Positions 61,755 through 64,000 of a stretch of 64,000 nucleotides of DNA are shown in pieces. The notes under the pieces are model-generated. The model was not told the origin of the DNA, did no database searches, and saw nothing but the letters and a program-made list of their open reading frames with translations. The stretch is from the IMG/VR virus record IMGVR_UViG_3300034069_000411; one strand, 5' to 3'. The first letter of the stretch is position 1; each line of letters starts with the position of its first letter. A program made the translations under genes and the position numbers. This stretch comes from a virus.

Positions 61755-63997
61755 GGCTCGCTCCTGTCACCAAGACCTACCGCGTCGGCCACCTGTTCTG
61801 CGGCGTCGGATCCGGCGCGGCCGGCTTCAACGATGCGAACCCGAGGGTCAACGGCGTCGCCGCGCGGTTCGTGTGCGCCGGGGGCGTCGACTCCGATCGC
61901 GGGGCTATCGACAACTTCGATCTGATCACCGGGTCGAAGGGCACCGTCATGGATCTGTTCGACCGCGAGCAGTTCATCTCCTTCCACGGTCACGAACCCC
62001 CGGCCGGTTGGCGGGAGGCCAACCCCGCCGACATCCGTCGGGCGCACGGCGACCTTCCGCTCGACGTGATGTTCCTGTCGGCCCCGTGCAAAGGCTTCTC
62101 GGGGCTGCTGTCAGCCAAGGCGTCGGGGGCTGACAAATATCAGGCGCTTAACGCCCTGACAGTGCGCGGCGTCTGGCTGACGCTTGAGGCGTACAAGGAT
62201 GACCCGATCAAGATCATCCTGTTTGAGAATGTCCCGCGGATCCTGACGCGCGGCCGGGCGCTGCTCGACAAGATCCAAGCTCTGCTCCGGGCCTATGGGT
62301 ATGTCTTTGCAGAGACGACGCATAACTGCGGCGAGATCGGCAACCTCGCCCAGAGCCGCAACCGGATGCTGATGGTTGCGCGGCACTCCGCGTCGGTGCC
62401 CCCGTTCCTGTACCAACCCGCAAAGTCCGCCCTGCGCGGCGTCGGTGAGGTCATCGGCCTGCTACCGCTCCCGGGTGACCCGATGGCGGGGGGCATGCAC
62501 CGCGTCCCGCAGCTGCAGTGGAAGACGTGGGTGCGCCTCGCGTTCGTCCCAGCCGGTAAGGATTGGCGCGCGCTCAATGATCTGGCTGTCGAGGACGGCC
62601 ACCTGCGCGACTACGGGATCGTGCCCGAGGTGAAGATGCGCGACAACCAGCTGGGCGTGCTGGACTGGGCTGACACCGCGCCCGTCCTGACCGGTCAGCG
62701 TTCGCCGGCACAGGGCCGTTTCAGCGTCGCGGATCCTCGAATCGAGAGCGTCCACAACGAGACGCTCGGCGTTCGCCCGTGGGAGGCCGCGGCGCGCGTC
62801 GTCGCCGGGGCGAGCCGGCCGGCCAACGGCGCGCATAGCGTCGCGGATCCCCGACCCCAGCAGGCCAACCAGAGTTTCGCCCAGTACGGGGTCAAACCAT
62901 GGGAGGAGACCGCGGCAACGGTCACCGGACAGGCGGCACCTGGAGGCGGGCCTAACTCGATCGCTGACCCGCGCCTCGGCCGCGTTGCCCATTCGAACGT
63001 CTACCGGATCGCTCGATTCGATCAGCCGTCGTCGGCGGTGACATCCAGCCGCGACACCGCCGTCGCGGATCCGCGCGCGACGACAGGATTCGAAGGGGCG
63101 GGCAAGTACAGGGTCACCGCCTACGGCGAGGCCGCCGGTACCGTCATCGGCGGGTCGACCACGGGACAGGGGGCGTTCGCGCTCGCTGACCCCCGGCCGA
63201 CACACGGGCCGAACGCCCACGCGACTAAGCACAAGGTGGTCGGGTACGATGACACGGCCCCGGTGGTCACCGGCAGCGACCGCGTCGGGTCCGGCGCGCT
63301 GTCAGTTGCTGACCCGCGCCCCGGGTACACCGACGCGCACCACAACGTCATGAAGGTCACGCCGTTTGACGAGCCTGCGGGCACCGTGACCAGCGGGGGC
63401 GGCCCCAGCAACGGGGCGATCAGCGTCGCCGACCCGCGGCCTGTCGGGCTCAATGCCGACGCCCGCGAGGGCTACGCGACGCAGGGGCACTACGGAGTGC
63501 TTGGCTGGGATGAGACGAGCAAGGCGGTGCCGGGGTACGCAAAGTACGATCGCGGCAACTGGTCGGTCGCTGACCCCCGGGATCTTGAAATGGAGGCCGC
63601 ACCCGCGCTGCCCGCCGCCAACACCCGCCTCGTCGCCCGCATCATCGCGCGCGACGGCACATGGCACCGGCCCTTCACGACGCTTGAGCTGGCGGCGCTC
63701 CAGTCGATCTTCGATCCCGAGGAGGTGTTCGCGGTCGACGAGGCAACCGGTCAGTGGACCCGGCGGGCCGAGTTCGATCTGATCGGGGGCAGTGATCAGA
63801 CGAAGCGCGAGTGGATCGGCAACGCGGTGCCGCGCGCCGCCGCCCGGGGCATGGCGGAAACGATCGGCGAGACGCTGCTTCTGGCGGAACAAGGCGAGAC
63901 GTTCGTGTTGTCGAGCCGGGCGATCTGGACGAAGCCTCTAGCCCTCGCGCTGGCCGTCGACCCGCGCCAGTCGGTGTGCGGCGAGGTGATCCTGTGA
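61751..63997 (+). CDS. DNA (cytosine-5) methyltransferase with eight tandem TRD-like repeats (748 aa)
   Basis: Start refined to the ATGA overlap. Motifs FCGVGSG, PCKGFS, ENV, QSRNR, GNAVP in order. Repeat array lies between motifs VIII and IX. Confidence 0.85.
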   Translation: MRLAPVTKTYRVGHLFCGVGSGAAGFNDANPRVNGVAARFVCAGGVDSDRGAIDNFDLITGSKGTVMDLFDREQFISFHGHEPPAGWREANPADIRRAHGDLPLDVMFLSAPCKGFSGLLSAKASGADKYQALNALTVRGVWLTLEAYKDDPIKIILFENVPRILTRGRALLDKIQALLRAYGYVFAETTHNCGEIGNLAQSRNRMLMVARHSASVPPFLYQPAKSALRGVGEVIGLLPLPGDPMAGGMHRVPQLQWKTWVRLAFVPAGKDWRALNDLAVEDGHLRDYGIVPEVKMRDNQLGVLDWADTAPVLTGQRSPAQGRFSVADPRIESVHNETLGVRPWEAAARVVAGASRPANGAHSVADPRPQQANQSFAQYGVKPWEETAATVTGQAAPGGGPNSIADPRLGRVAHSNVYRIARFDQPSSAVTSSRDTAVADPRATTGFEGAGKYRVTAYGEAAGTVIGGSTTGQGAFALADPRPTHGPNAHATKHKVVGYDDTAPVVTGSDRVGSGALSVADPRPGYTDAHHNVMKVTPFDEPAGTVTSGGGPSNGAISVADPRPVGLNADAREGYATQGHYGVLGWDETSKAVPGYAKYDRGNWSVADPRDLEMEAAPALPAANTRLVARIIARDGTWHRPFTTLELAALQSIFDPEEVFAVDEATGQWTRRAEFDLIGGSDQTKREWIGNAVPRAAARGMAETIGETLLLAEQGETFVLSSRAIWTKPLALALAVDPRQSVCGEVIL
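62647..63580 (+). repeat. 8 x 34-47-aa coding tandem repeat ending in S-V-A-D-P-R
   Basis: ADPR codons recur from 62729 to 63569. Units share ..GV.xW(D/E)..A.TVTG......G..SVADPR. Confidence 0.8.
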
Positions 63998-64000
63998 CGG

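Noticed and set aside
62647-63580. Regularly spaced ~18-nt GTCGCxGAyCCnCG repeats that could be mistaken for a CRISPR-like or minisatellite array.
   Set aside because: The period is variable (102-141 bp) and everything is in frame inside a C5-MTase ORF with conserved flanking motifs. They are protein-coding repeats (SVADPR), and there are no cas genes.

Overview
The window is the interior of one GC-rich (about two-thirds G+C by eye) tailed dsDNA phage or prophage. It has a siphovirus-like, lambda-type tail tip. The host is most likely an alphaproteobacterium, because the phage encodes a MucR/Ros-family regulator. I saw no host genes, integrase, CRISPR array or rRNA. Two divergent arms start at a 133-bp control region (53343-53475) and converge on terminators at 5755-5911.

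Leftward arm (minus strand, 53342 down to 5919), in order:
- Cro-like HTH, N6-adenine MTase, ACP-like protein, RusA, replication initiator and a G39P-like loader.
- About 35 small ORFs of unknown function chained by ATGA/GTGA start-stop overlaps.
- ParB-like protein, then ABC-ATPase::GNAT fusion, truncated Fmt-like formyltransferase and ASCH protein.
- TerS and TerL.
- A 1-kb island holding a small secreted protein, a candidate structured RNA and an initiator-like tRNA-Met.
- Portal, MuF-like protein, XkdF-like protein, scaffold, decoration protein and major capsid.
- Connectors, tail tube, G/G-T chaperones with a GGGAAAC slip site, and tape measure.
- Tail-tip genes (L-like, NlpC/P60, J-like), a beta-helix tailspike, membrane-protein cargo and the lysis cassette.

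Rightward arm (plus strand, 53476 to 64000 and 1 to 5670): SMC/RecF-like ATPase, PD-(D/E)XK nuclease with a SAP motif, DnaQ-like exonuclease, ERF annealase, SSB, Gp37/Gp68 protein, HD-like hydrolase, a C5-MTase with eight tandem TRD-like repeats, a second N6-MTase and the Cys-less MucR/Ros homologue.

Most interesting leads:
1. The ParB / ATPase-GNAT / formyltransferase / ASCH set at the head of the packaging operon, taken together with the chimeric initiator-like tRNA-Met.
2. A promoter-to-hairpin unit of about 300 nt of structured RNA upstream of that tRNA.
3. The 8-repeat C5 methyltransferase.
4. A promoter/operator cassette whose 15-bp palindrome is flipped between copies.

All functional calls rest on motifs I recognise by eye. 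No database search, RNA folding or GC computation was run, and start codons were refined by hand.
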